A DNA stretch of 64,000 nt from Balanoglossus misakiensis (taxonomy: Eukaryota > Animalia > Hemichordata). The stretch spans positions 4,758,303-4,822,302 of the forward strand of contig CM082582.2 of assembly GCA_040954595.2 (NCBI GenBank), written 5' to 3'. Made by a program: the position numbers and the translations under genes. Under the pieces are notes generated by a model. The model searched no databases and was not told where the DNA came from. It saw nothing but the letters and a program-made list of their open reading frames with translations. How positions within the stretch are numbered: position 1 is the first letter of the stretch; every line of letters begins with the position of its first letter. Below, one piece after another: positions 39,501 to 53,400 of the stretch.

Positions 39501-42500
39501 GCACGTAGAGAAGTCAGAGTTTACAGAAAAACTGTTGACAGCAGAAAACAAGTTGGAAGTCAGCAAGCAAGAGTGGGACGAAACCATCAATGATCTCTAC
39601 ACACAGCTGGAAGTTATGACCAAGAATTATGAGGAGGCTAAGATGGAGATTCTTAAAATGAAGAGCGTTCAGGTATGTGAGAGTGCGAGTAACATACATC
39701 AGTTGTCAATCCAGCCCTGTATTGCTCAAGGCTGAAAGAAATACGTGATGAGTATATATAATCAGTCAGCAATGTGATTTTATGTACATTCTGATTATAA
39801 TATCAACCATGAAGTATATTTTCACTAACATTGCCAAAAAGATATCATTATTGCCAATATCACACATGTAACTTCTCTGTGTTATTGTCACAAAGTGTAA
39901 ATTCACTGTTGTATTAATTAAAGGGACAAAGTCTCTCTCTCGCTGCACTTTTTTCATTAATTATGTTTAATACAAGACACCGTTTATGGTGATGTACATG
40001 CGGATATATAGTGAATCAACGTTCAGCCACACACAACTTCCATCCCACTTGTAGACACAAGAGTTAAAAAACTCGCCAAAATGAATAATCGGTCTGTACC
40101 ATTTATTCATTTTGGGCGAGTTTTTACTCTCATATCCTGGTTGTCGAGTGTGAATTCCAAAAGTCACCTTCTGTGTTTTTTTCAGGGAGAGACTGACCAT
40201 GAAAAGCAGGTGAAGAAATTGGAAATAGTGAATGCAGAGTTGCAGCAAGAATTGGACGAAGCAAAGTCACAACTACAAAACGGTGTCAGTGATGGAATAG
40301 ACGAAAAACATCTCATAGAATCTGCTGAAATACAGGTCAGTTATTTGTACACATTCACTGTATTCTTATTTATGGCCCTGATAAGGATTTGTGGACCCAG
40401 ATTGTATGGCGCGTGGACCTACAAAGTATCAAACTTTATTTTTTGATTTATTGCCAACAGAAGCTTCAAGAAGAAAACCAATATTTACAGCAAAGTAATA
40501 GTAAGTTACAAGAGGAACTCATCTCGTTGGAAAACGACGTTGCAATTTTAAACAAGAGACTTTCTGATAAAGATGTTCATTTCAAGTCAAGTGAGAAAAA
40601 GGCCAACTCAGAAATCAAATCTCTCAAACTGAGGCTCCGACAAGTAGAAATGGAATTGACAGAAATGAAAGCAAACCCAAAGGTAAGCTGTGACAGATTA
40701 TACACTTGTGTAGCTAACTCTGGTATGACCTCATGTCTTGATTGCATTTATGGTATTACTGAGTGAGAGAGAAAAGTGGTCAGATGATGCATGTATTTGT
40801 TGTGTGAGTCTGGATGTTGAATCAGTACAGCCATATAGTGTGTGTGTGTGGGTGGGTGGGTTTGTGTGTGTGCAGGCGTGCATGTTCGTTCAGTATATAT
40901 TCAGCATTTTTATTGAGCAAAATTTGTATTCTAGTCCAGACTAGAAATCATTTGTCAAGAATAACAATGGCAGTTCCAGGGCTAATCGAACAAGAAATTG
41001 CATTTGGTACAAAAAAAACACACAAAAAATGAAAAATAAGGCCAAAAGATACAGCTAATGTCCCTTTAACACGTATTGATGATGTCATTTGTAATTGTGG
41101 CTTCTTTTGACAGATTGTTGAAGTGACCAAGACAGTGTCTGTGGAGTCGGAGGAAAGCAGACAGGCACTGAGCGATTCACAGGCGGAAAATGCACAACTA
41201 TATCATCAAATTGACCGGTTGCAGAAACACAGAGATGGAACGCTTCAAAAACTCAACGCCGCGCAACAAACAATACAAGGTTTAGAAAATAAGGTAAATC
41301 TTTAACTGTCATCTACTGTAATTTCTTTTGGGAAATGGTGGGGGGGGGATAATGTTGACAGAGTGACAGTCAAATCATGCTATCAGACTCACAGCACATA
41401 CGTAGAACAGGATGGGGCAAAGATAGCTATCTTTTGTAAGGTCAGTATATTCCTTGTATAGGTATAGTTTTTGAACTGTTGCCTGACTGGTCAACATTTC
41501 CAACAACTGCTACCTGTAAATTATCATGCACAGATGAAAATTGGGTAACAATATGACATCAGTCTCCCCTCAAGAACATGAGTTACCCCAAAATACTTTG
41601 TTTCCTTCACCCTTTGACGTCATGGAAGCAGACCATTTTGGGATGACTCCCAGCTACATGTATATGCTGTTCCCTACGTGGCCTGTCATATGTGTATAAT
41701 AGCACTCGTATCCACAAGGCGCTTTACAATATGTGTATAATGTCACATCCACACTCCAAATTTCTTTAAACAGATTGCAGATAGTGAAACTGAAATGGAG
41801 CTGATGAAAGAGGATTTTGAGCACGACCTCATCAAACTGGAGGCGAGCAAACAAGAAGCCATCCAGGAGCTGACCTTAGAATCCCAGCAGAGGAATGAAA
41901 TATTGAACAGACGAGCGATGATGATGAAAGTGAAATTTTCACAGATCAGACCAGGCTTGCTGCACATTGCTGAAGAGTACAAGAATCTCCGAAAGATATG
42001 TTCGCAGTTCCCAAAGATCATCAGAGCCACAGTACAGCACACCAAAAATGAGGTACATGTAATACATGGTTTGTTTTCCGGAGTTTGACGGTGCATTCAC
42101 CATTACTAGTACTCAGGATCTAACATTACTAAAATCTAGAAAAGTTCAAATGATTAGTGTGCCATCAAATCCAATAAGATACACCACTGACTCAACAAAC
42201 TTACTACCGTTCCAGATCCAACAAGCAATCTCTGGCATCAGTGACCACAACAAAGAATTGGTGAGGAAGTATAAAAAGGAAATGTCACTAAGGAAGAAAT
42301 ACCACAATGAATTAGTGGAACTCAAAGGTGAATATGAACATTACTGTGCACTTTACTTTTTGCACCAAACCAGTAATCTTTTTTGTCAATAAAAAATAAT
42401 GAGTTTTTCCCAAGAAAAATAATTTTAAAAAGTGTGAAGATAACTAAAATTGATCATGATTGCACTGTGTGATGTGTGAGTATCATGGTAATATGCCATT

Positions 42501-45500
42501 TGTGCCTTGAAAATGATACCGGTGAACTTATACTTTCAATTCATACAAAGAAACTTAAGAAACTAAATCTGTTATCTTATCAAGAAAATTGTCATTATAC
42601 ATGTATATTGCTTAAAACATTTCTGTATTAGACATTGAAAATCGAAACTATTGATTATATGTAATCATACTGATATAAATATCAGGAGATAATCATACTG
42701 ATATCAATATCAGGAGATGGTTAACACTCACTATATAGAATAATTGAATGCTTACATTAATGACATCATTTCTATTCCCCAGGTAATATACGAGTATTCT
42801 GCCGGGTGAGACCACCCATCAAAGAAGATGGCGGAGGTCTTATGGCGAGAGTTGTTGTTACCTTTGATGTAGATGATGATGGTATTGTCTTAGTGACGAA
42901 CAAAGGAAGAACCAATTCTTACGAAATTGACAAAGTATTTACACCGGAATCAAGCCAGGCAGAGGTGAGTGAGGTTGACTTTTGTCAAATTGTTATCACA
43001 AAGAACATATTATGATGCATGAAGTGCTTAAAGTATAGAATACAGTATTCTTCCGAGGAATTTCTGTTTTACATAATAATAATGCAGTTATTAACTTTTT
43101 GTGCCAAACGGCAGTACTCTTTAAAGGGTGATGATCGTCTAATACATGTATGTGCATGTGCAAAACCAGAGACTCTGGTTACAAAAATTGTATACATTCA
43201 ATGCCATAAGGCAGTGTGCTGTCCTAACAACAGGCAAGATGACAGCGATCATAATCTGTGTCGGAGATTGGGTGAAAAGAAGGGACAAAACTAAAGCTTA
43301 CTTATACAGTGTGCATGAAAAATTGAAGGAAGCAAAGGCAGTCCACTATTTAAATGCATCAAACACAAAATTTGCAGAACATTTGGATTGGACGTACTGT
43401 TTTGTACGCATGAAATTACGCTCATGAGCATAAGACGATCGTCGGCCTTTAATTTAAACACTGCAGTAAAACTAACGAAACCATTCCATATCTCTGTAGG
43501 TGTTTGAAGAATGTAAGCACCTGGTGGTATCATGTGTTGATGGATACAATGTGTGTATCTTTGCATATGGACAGACCGGGTCTGGCAAGACATACACCAT
43601 GGAGGTGAGAGACTATCATTGATGTGTTAGCTGGCAGCCATTGCTGTGTACCATAATAAAAGATTGTTTCTCATCTCGTTTGATTCAACTTACGAATTGG
43701 TGGAAAAAACTTGGAGTCTATCTGAAAAAAATTGGTATACTTTGTGGACAGAGGACCTCTGCATTAGTAATTGCAAGAAATCATTCCAAATGTACTAGAT
43801 TATGTAAAGCCACCCAAAATAATATCAAATATTTGTCAGTGAAGAAAGAAAGATTGAAATGTGTCAGATAGGAGTATTAGGTACACAGCTGTCTTGTATC
43901 GTGAACATCGAAGAGACCAGTCACTGTGTTGCCCTGAGAAGATTTCTTTTACTCTTTCTGTTGAATGGTGATATAATTTGTTATCAGTGAACTGATAAAA
44001 TTCAGCAATGCCTACAGTACACATAGTCATTCTTTTTGGTGGACTCAAACACAGGTTTGCCGAGTTTTACTGATCCATAACAATGTTTTTTTTATACAAC
44101 CCAACAGGGACCACAAGATGACCTTGGTATCAACCAGAGGGCTTTACAGTTGCTCTTTGAAGAGAGAGAAGACCGAGAAAAGGAATGGGATTACACCATT
44201 ACTGTCAGCATCATGGAGATTTACAATGAAATGCTCAGGTAATCATGTTTGTATAATGTCTTGAAAAAGAAAAAAACGTGTTGTGATTTTACAGAGAGTG
44301 GGATGAAACAATACACCCAACTGTACAGGTGTTTAGTATGAAGGAATAGAACTTTGATTTCAAATTCTTTTTTTGTTCTGTCTATCAAATACTGTTTCTT
44401 AATGACTTGAAGTATTCAGAAGATAGCGAGAAGTCTGGTCACAATTGCAGTGCATAGCGCCCTCTGTCACCTGAAAATAAAAAACTGTCGAAAGATGTTA
44501 TTCATTCTCCTCCTTGAAGTTGTTTGCTGTTGACAACAGCTATTTAAACAAAACATAAAGGGCTAAAACTTATCAGTAATCATCTTTCATTTCATTTCAT
44601 ATCCAGAGATTTATTGAGTAATGATCCGACGTACAAAATGGACATCAAGATGAACCAAGATGGTGGATTGTATGTGCCAGGTTTAACATGTCATGAAGTG
44701 GAAACAGTGGATGAAGTCAACCAGGTCAGATTAATATTTTGTTATTTCACATGAAAGGAATTCGGAACTACGTGTAAATGATTTTATTTTCATTTTTCAT
44801 ATATATATATATTATTAATTTCCAAAATGTCACTCTCATTTTTTGATAATTAATTGATGTCGTTGTTTCCAGGTTCTGAATCTTGCTAGGGTGAACAGAG
44901 CCACAGCATCCACAAATATGAATGAACACAGTTCAAGATCTCATGCACTGTTGTGTATTACAGTGAAGGGGATTAATAAAACCACAGGCTATAGAACCAT
45001 TGGTAGGTTTCCCAGCTTTTGCTGATGTCGTTTCAATTGTTTGATTCAGGGCTAAGTATTTTGGCCAGTTATCACTCTGTCTCTGTTACATGTATTTAAT
45101 ATTCATTCACTTCAATATTACAATACATTTGGAAAAAAATGTACATACATACAAAGTTTGTCTAAGTGGGTAGTTAAACGTTTACTACTCAAGTTTAGCC
45201 TCAAATCAAACTTTGAATAAATGCACCAAGAATACAGATTGCTGCAGGATTGACCTACATGTATTACATTATAGAACATATGCTTTTTTCGAATCATTTA
45301 CACATTTCACTCCAACGGTTTTATCAGACAATAAATATAGATTACCACTTTAAAAAAGTAAATACATGTAATGAGGGAGAACTGACAAACAGAAAACATA
45401 CAATTACAAAATCTTGATTTTGATGCTATATTGTGATTTTCTCGACAGGGAGATTGAATTTAGTCGACTTGGCTGGATCGGAGAGGGTCAGTAAATCTGG

Positions 45501-47966
45501 TGCTGATGGCACCAGATTGAAAGAAGCACAGAATATCAACAAATCGTTGTCCTCACTCGGTGATGTCATCCACGCTTTGCGGAATAAACAAGGACACATC
45601 CCGTACCGGAATTCAAAACTGACGTACTTACTGCAGGATTCCCTTGGTAAGCTTTGATATACAGTCAAACCTGTTTATAGTGGCCAGTCAAGGGACTTCC
45701 TAAGCTGGCCTTTATAGATAGGTGGCCTTTATAGAGGTTAGAGGTTAATTAATACACATATGTACATGTATGTGACACTGATTGTTGTATGGCATAATCA
45801 CAGCATAGTTCAAAAAAGGTCCAGAACAACTTCGCCTTCCAAAGCAACATGCTGGGATGAGTGTGATCATCACATCAGAATCTCTTACCCATGTTGACAT
45901 TGACTGTGTTTATCCCAGGTGGTGACAGTAAGACGTTAATGGTCGTGCAGGTGTCGCCGGTCGAGAAGAACTGCGGAGAAACCACGTCCAGTCTCAGCTT
46001 TGCACAAAGAGTGCGCAGCGTGGAACTTGGCATGGCGTCCAAGAAGACGGAAAACTCAGAAATCGCCAATCTGAAGGACAGACTGGCGCAGTATGAGGTA
46101 AACGACAACACAAGGCCCCTCAATAAAATATAACAGCATGGAAGATGTCTCATTAGTATGCATAGACCATGGCCGCAGCTGCAGGTGGCAGTAGTTTAGT
46201 GGCAGTCTTTACATGATGTAGTTGTCATCTTCTTTCAAGTCTTCAAAAACTTGAAGAATTAACCAATCAGCAGTTGCATGATTGCTTTTTAGCATTCAAG
46301 TTGCAAATAGCATAATTAGTTTACATCTAAGCAATCCTAACCAGATAGATTACTAAAAGGGAATTGGTAGTCCCCCATGCTTGAATCACCAGCTGAAAAC
46401 AAAGCCAACTGACAAAAAACTAAAACAACACATGCATCTCATACACAGTTTTACTAACACTTGTGATACATGCTATTATCCCCAAATCATAATTATATCA
46501 CCATATGCACTCTTTCTTTTTGTTGTATTTCTTAATTTCTTTTGCATGTTTCTCTCCAAACATAAATGCATGTAATGATGTATTTCATAATCTCTCTTGT
46601 CGTTAAAGTATCATTTTCTTGACCTTGTACTTTGTTGGTGAGACGTACAGTGTCTATATCTGTTCAAATTCTTTCTTTCTGTTTTCTTTTCATAATTTCT
46701 TATTTCAAGTTGTCTCCAATTGAGGAATGAAGTCACAGTTACTTCCCTGGTATGCACTGTCTTTCCTTGATTTCCATCATTTGTCTCCTTTTTGCACTTT
46801 CTTCTGTGTTATTTTGTTTCTATGCCTATACATACCACCGTGCCACATAAGACAGTCAAAACACACTCTAGCACCATACATGTACATCTCGGGGACAATG
46901 TTTGTAAGCACGCAGGTCTCTGTCAGTGTACGAAATAAAGCCTGTCCGACAGTCCGAGACTGGTTGTTTTTCTGTAGGACTGGTAAAAATTAAATGTTAC
47001 CAGTCCGACAGACAGGTTGAATTTAGCATGGGAGTTAACCAATTGTATCATGGCATCTTTTAGACTTTCCCCAGTTCATGTATTGCAAATAAAAGAAACA
47101 ATGATGTAAAAGCTTGAAAATTATCAAATCAAAGTTATGTAAAGAGAAAGATGATTCCATCCCATCTTCAATTGTTCACAGATAAGGTAAAAGCTTCTCA
47201 GTTGTATTTGATTACATTTAATTTTAAGGCATAATATCAGGACTGGTAAGTTTTTGGCAGGACTGGCAACTTTTTGAAGTTGCCAGTCCTGGTGACTGGT
47301 TGATATTTCCTATGAATTTCGAACACTGTCTCTGTCTGTGTTCAAATATATTACCAGGTACTTTACAAGCTCTCTCCAAAAATCTGCATGTCAGTTTTCC
47401 ACACATAATTTAAAAAAAATCTTTGATGTACTTTGAAAATTTGGTACATCAGTGTGTACCCTTGTATTAAATCCTAGTCTTTAGCATACATGCACACACC
47501 CACCACCAGTCCTAATTCCCACTGTTCATAACATATACACACATGCACAAATACATGTGACACTCCCACCATTACTGCCACGTACACACATGCACCCTAA
47601 CATACATATAACCAAACGCACACATACATACATGAACACACGTACCAATATCAATGTACACATGCACAGACATACACATACCTCTACTCCACCGTCACAA
47701 ATACCGGGGTAATTAGAGCAATTCAAACTTTTTGACTTGCTAATAAGCAATATCAAAATCTAATTCAAATTGATTGAGATGAAAAGTTTTCAGGTGTGTA
47801 TAGTAAGTATAGAGAAAGTTTGTAAATGAAAGTATAAACTCTTGCTAATCAAATGGTATTTCTCTCTCTGTGATAGGATGTGTCGTCGCTAAGCAACAAC
47901 ACACCAGTCAAGAACAACAGAAGCACTCCCAACAAATCCACGCCAAGAAGTGCTTACAGGAAGTAA
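30548..47966 (+). CDS. KIFC3: Kinesin-14 (C-terminal motor) KIFC3-like protein, ~920 aa
   Basis: Exons 30548-30635 (tentative), 37822-37893, 38201-38289, 38749-38941, 39428-39672, 40186-40335, 40461-40682, 41114-41293, 41774-42052, 42216-42327, 42783-42964, 43500-43604, 44108-44238, 44607-44724, 44873-45002, 45449-45646, 45919-46097 and 47877-47966 join in frame (2763 nt). Long coiled coil, neck [25 protein letters not shown]-loop YGQTGSGKT, switch I NEHSSRSH, switch [36 protein letters not shown]. Confidence 0.92.
43125..43448. mobile_element. Kolobok-like TTAA MITE, copy 2
   Basis: TTAA|AGGGTGATGATCGTCT...AGACGATCGTCGGCCT|TTAA, with TSDs at 43121-43124 and 43449-43452. Confidence 0.82.
45662..45745. 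mobile_element. Fragment of a Tc1/mariner-type MITE end
   Basis: TA|CAGTCAAACCTGTTTATAGTGGCCA followed by TGGCCTTTATAGA repeated twice. No partner TIR found. Confidence 0.4.
46924..47328. mobile_element. hAT- or P-like MITE with CAGTG...CACTG ends
   Basis: TCTCTGT|CAGTGTACGAAAT ... ATTTCGAACACTG|TCTCTGT: 13-bp TIR (1 mismatch), 7-bp (possibly 8-bp) TSD, and subterminal (G)GACTGG/CCAGTCC motifs. Confidence 0.75.
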
Positions 47967-49786
47967 CCCACTGGCACTCCCAACATTCTATGTACTTCAC
48001 TGCAGTCTGTACACATTTGATTAACATGTCACAAATCATGACATTTTAACTTAAAATTCATTGTTGACCGGAGACAGTACTTTATCAATAGTACAATGTA
48101 TTTTGAAATTTGACTTCATTATTTGCAGAACTTAATCATACACGTTTAGATTTTTAAATCCATAATATTTATCTTTCAGTAGAAAAACATATGTCGTCCA
48201 ATGCAATAGTGAGGTCTCCATTCGTAAAGACTATTTCCCAGGGATTGTATGTTACCATGATAAATTTTAGAGTACTGGTGTATTTTTGACAGTTATGTCA
48301 TCTTATATGATTTCACTGCCATAATTTATTCTGGGATTTGAATCTTTATTTCTGACTGACAGGGTTTATGTGTCACCACTTTGGTGAATATCTCAGAAAC
48401 AACTTCTGAAAGAGAATTTTTTTACGACATTTTTGGTAGTCTGCCGTAATCGACATGAAAATCATCCATTTTTTTGTTTTTCATGAATGCAAAGTACATA
48501 CATGTTAAACCTACATGTATGTATTTAGTGACCAAATTGAATGTTCAGGGAACTAAATGATCTAAATGACTGTGTTTGGAAAGAATTACCGGTATTAAAC
48601 TGAATATTATGGACTGATATTCTGACTGCCAGTTCACATTGGCTACTGCCTACAAAGTGAAAGTTGTATGTCGAATTTGATCGTCCATCATGTATTCTCT
48701 GTTATTCTGACACCTTTATATCTGTCATATTCAATTTCATTTCAAGTCTCCTCCGTCAAAATGTTAGATGAGGTAATAGCTTGTGGGGGGGGGGGGGGGG
48801 GGGTACAGAGGGGTGACTTTTTGTGTTGGCTCAGGGAAGTTGAAGAATCAGAACGGTTCTTCACTTGTTTGCAGATAAATCAGTTATTGTTTCGGATGGT
48901 TAAAGAATGTTTGATCCAGGAATGTACGAAAGTGTGGTTTGGACTGGGAGAGAATTTGTCCTTCACAATTATGTATTTGTAATTGAAAATATCCATACAA
49001 GAGACTTTGGATCTGTGAATAGTTGAACTCGGATGGGGGATTTTTATGAGCAATTTAAGGAGTCAATTTGTTTTCCAAGTTCTTAACTAGAGAGACTTGG
49101 CAAGCAGTGAACAACTCCACGTTTTGGGACCATAAAGAAAACTTTGATCAACTCTTGCATTTTCTAAAACTTTCACTGTTCAACATTGGGTGGGGGGATA
49201 ATTCTTTTAGAAGGCAAGTAGCACTGATATTTAACTTTAATGGAAAAAAAATTATATAATTATATTGATATATTCCTAATGCTGAATGATGTACATTATG
49301 TTAGGATTCATTCAATCTTAGTATGAGGTTATATCTGAGACTGATGAAAGATCCGTTGTTCAAAAGGGTGAATGACAGATCTTTCAGTCGAGTATTGTCT
49401 TAATGTTTACCATTTTGAATGGTACTCATTATGATATCTGCACAGTTTATATTCATCTCTGAGAATCAAAAAATGAGTTTTTGAGTTATGACAAAAGAGT
49501 CATACCTCAAAGGAAATCCAATGATATGTATCATAAATGGATATTGGAATGGTTTTGCAAAGTAGCAAATTTACCCCGAAAACATGGGTTACGAAATTGT
49601 GATAAAATAAGATGTGTGTTGTCAGGTTGTGGTATTTTTGAATGAGTGCAGGTGATGGATATTTGTTACTGTTGAAATGCAACTGCTAGTTACTATGATA
49701 CATTGAACTCGGGTGGTATTGTTTCATTGTCCGAACTGAGTTTGTACAATGTTTGAGCACGTGTTATGGCCGAAAAGGGATATTAA

Positions 49787-50406
49787 AGGGGAAATCCGCT
49801 GTAGCTGATTTCTACATAATTTGGTAGCTTTGATGTCTCTCTTTCAGAAAAAAACATATTCGCCATGTATATGTCACGCGGTTTTTTACAAAATCTAGGG
49901 AAAGTTGGCAGAATTTCCAATATGGCGTTTACTGTAATTTGAATCATGGGAAAAAAAGCGCCAGGAGCAACTTCCGCCCACCATGGTGTGGGTGATACCA
50001 TTCTCCGATTGGTGTCACTGGGCGACAGACAAGGCGTATTTTCATAGCTATTGTTTGTTCTTTGCATCAGTTGATAAACAATCGTCAGCAAAGTCGAAAA
50101 TTTGTCATCTATTGACAGTTTTCATGAGCTATAACCCATGAAAAATATGCAAATACGCTTAGCTTGTGACACAGTGACACCAATCGGAAAATGGTATCAC
50201 CCACACCAAGGTGGGCGGAAGTTGGTCCGGGCGCTTTTTTTCCCATGATTCAAATTACAGTAAACGCCATATTGGAAATTCTGCCAACTTTCCCTAGATT
50301 TTGTAAAAAAATCGGGCGACTTATACATGGCGAATATGTTTTTTTCTGAAAGAGAGACATCAAAGCTACCAAATTATGTAGAAATCAGCTACAGCGGATT
50401 TCCCCT
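49787..50406. mobile_element. Kolobok-like TTAA foldback MITE, 620 bp, with ~235-bp near-perfect TIRs
   Basis: TTAA|AGGGGAAATCCGCTGTAGCTGATTTCTACATAATTTGG... and ...CCAAATTATGTAGAAATCAGCTACAGCGGATTTCCCCT|TTAA. Arms ~49787-50020 and ~50172-50406. Confidence 0.92.
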
Positions 50407-53400
50407 TTAAGTAGAAGTACAGGGACACATGAGCAGTGGCCACTCAAGCTAGGGTGACCCAAGTGTTTATGGTTTCATCACGGCACCATTGTAACAATAC
50501 GCACACTTGCATTTGTTTACTGTAAATAAACTGACTACCCCATTGAAACGAACAAATATAAATATGCTGATCGATACCAAAGGATTACCAAGCGAAGTTA
50601 TTTGCCCCGATACTTAGGACTTTGTCCCCAGATGACTTCGTGCACACACTTTTATTGGCTATATCTCATAAAGTACATGCCTGAGTAAAAAATATATTTA
50701 AATTATTCTTCTAATTAATCTCAAAAAGTTCATTATAACGATACTGTAGCTTTACTGGTAATATGTAGTCTTTTCAGGATAAATTCTTAATATCGTAGGT
50801 CAGATTGTATGAATGACTTATAAGTGAATAGAAATGTATCAAATATCCCGATGAATTGACCCTAGCCAAGTAATTAATTAATTGATGGGAATATGTTAGT
50901 TGACATCTCAAATGATTTGCAATTCTAATTAATTTGATTGGCAAATGAGTGGGATGGTGTGAGGTCTGGGCCATTGCATGCATTAAACTTGCCATGCAAT
51001 GTGAGTGTGGTTGTAACGGTAGCTATAATTGCAAGTTCTCTTCTTTGATAAAAAATATTTTCTCAAATACTAAATACTAAATTATGACTATGAATTTATC
51101 TAAATTGCATGTTTTACAAGTTTTCTATGCATGAATAATAATATTTACCCCATTCTCCAGCATGGTTTGGTCCAGCACCATTGTTATCTAGGGTAATTTT
51201 ACATATCTATTAGGGAAATGGGAAGATCAAGGTTGATGGTTGAAGTACAATGTATTACAAAGCAAAATTTACAGCAAAACTTAGTTTGCATGAAGTGTTA
51301 CATTTTCTGAATGAAAACAAGTGAGTTTTTAATGAATGTTATTTTGGGTGTATTTATGATATGTGGTGTGGTGTGGTCTAATATAAATATTATATCAATT
51401 TTGCATGTTCCACAATTTTTTTTCTCTTTGTTTAAAATTTCATGTCACATCTCAATGTTTACCATTCTAACCAGTTCACATGTGTAGTATCATGAATTTC
51501 TAATAGTCTTCTAATTTGATAGTAAAAATTAACAACTCGCAACTAAAAACTCCACAAATTATGACATTGTTATTTGTACTTGTACTTTGCATGTATGTGA
51601 GCCACCATTCACAGCACAGCGAAACCTGTAATGTTCCAATTAGCCTATAAAGAAGTGTGGTGAAAATTTGCATGTTAACGTGAAACCAGGTGACACTATG
51701 TTAAGGTGTTGCTAAATTGTGTACAAATATGGATATTTTTATAATCACTGCCATTTGTCTTATACCTATCAACTCAAACCGTTTTGCACATTGCCATCCA
51801 CTATGTTGGTATTATGGTATTTTTCTATGAATCAGAAAATCACTTTTATATAATAGATATATTTGTATTTTCCAGTACTGTGTCTTCCCTTTGTCAAATG
51901 TATGTACTAGTGGATCATGTTATTGATCTAAAGGCACTATGCTGCTTACAGCAATTGTATATAGCGTCTTGGCTTGGAGTTAGTCTTTGATGACACCTGT
52001 GTTTGGAGTCTGTATTTTGTACTCTTTGAAATCAAAAGCTGCCAAATGATAGCAGTACTGTACATTCAAAACATGTCATTTGTATTTGACCTAAATTGTC
52101 TTAATTGCCTGTTCACAATCACGTGAACAACAATACGCCATTTGTAAACCTCCAAGCCATAGCTTCTCTCTACTTTAGTGTGATTATCGATGAATTACTA
52201 TTTGATTTGTTTTCTTCCATGTCGTGTTGATAACGTACTAGGCCTGTGCATGTATTGAAAGATCAGGGATTGGAGTGAATCTTATGTTGTTTAATAGAAA
52301 AGTGAACAGTTGCACTAGATCCACAGTTGTCGGTGATTTCATCGTTGTTTTTTGCTTAATAGATGCACACTGTGCAAAAGCAAACCATAGGTTTCAGTCT
52401 TTTGCTTAATAATTAGTACTGGTAATATACTGAAGTGTGTACCATCACATATCACTTGACAAGTAGCAGTGTTGAGTTGTGTAGCAAGGTGGTAGACCTA
52501 GTCTATTTACCATGCATGATTGCATATTCTAAAACTTGTGACTTGAGTAAAGTAGGGCTGTCGTGGCACACTTTCTCTTTCTTTATACATGCAAACATTC
52601 TCTTCTGATCTTGTAACAGCAAACTGCCTGTGTCTTTTGTCAACATTGTTTTTACTGGCAAGATGCTGTATTGTACTTAGATATCTTTCAGTACTTATGT
52701 GTAGGCTGCTCCTGTTTTCACTGGATGTATTGTAAGTTATAAGATCTGAGAGAACACAAAAAATTGTAGAAAGCAAATTGAGTGATAGAGATGTTTCATC
52801 TTGGGCTAACAGTGAACATGTCTTTCCAATACATGTTGGACATTGTCGCTGTAACCTGAAATGTGACTGAGAAGCTTGTATACATATGATGCATATGTAG
52901 AATGGTTAGGTAGGTGTGTAATACACTAAATGATAATTGATGCTTAGTTGCCATGAAGGAGCTTTATATATAGTGGTGAGGGCAGTCTCAGAGTTCATCT
53001 TGCAGTGATCACTGCCTCTCCACAGTTGTATACTGTGGTGTTGCATCATACATTGTAACTTTTTATAGGCAGTCTCCACAACAAAATCATACTTTGCCTT
53101 TAAACATACAGTCTATCTCTAGCAACTCGATTTTCTAAAATCCCTGATAGGATTTTAGTCCATCACAGCATAATTTGCTGTGATGTTCTCATCATTTTTC
53201 TTAAACTAGTTTCTTTTCAGTGTCGCATTCCAGCTGAAGGAGTTACCTTTACACTGGAGTGTTGAGAGATAGACGTACAATGCAGATTACTACAATGGTG
53301 TAGTATTTAAGTACAGGCATTGTCTGTGTCAGTCAATTCTCATGTACAGCTAATGTTCTAACACCTTGATGTCAGCAAAACAAAAGTGAGTTGAAGGGAG

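Noticed and set aside
39918-41068. TTAAAGGGAC ... GTCCCTTTAA as TIRs enclosing two kinesin exons
   Set aside because: The match is only ~11 bp and diverges immediately; more likely remnants of two separate TTAA MITEs.
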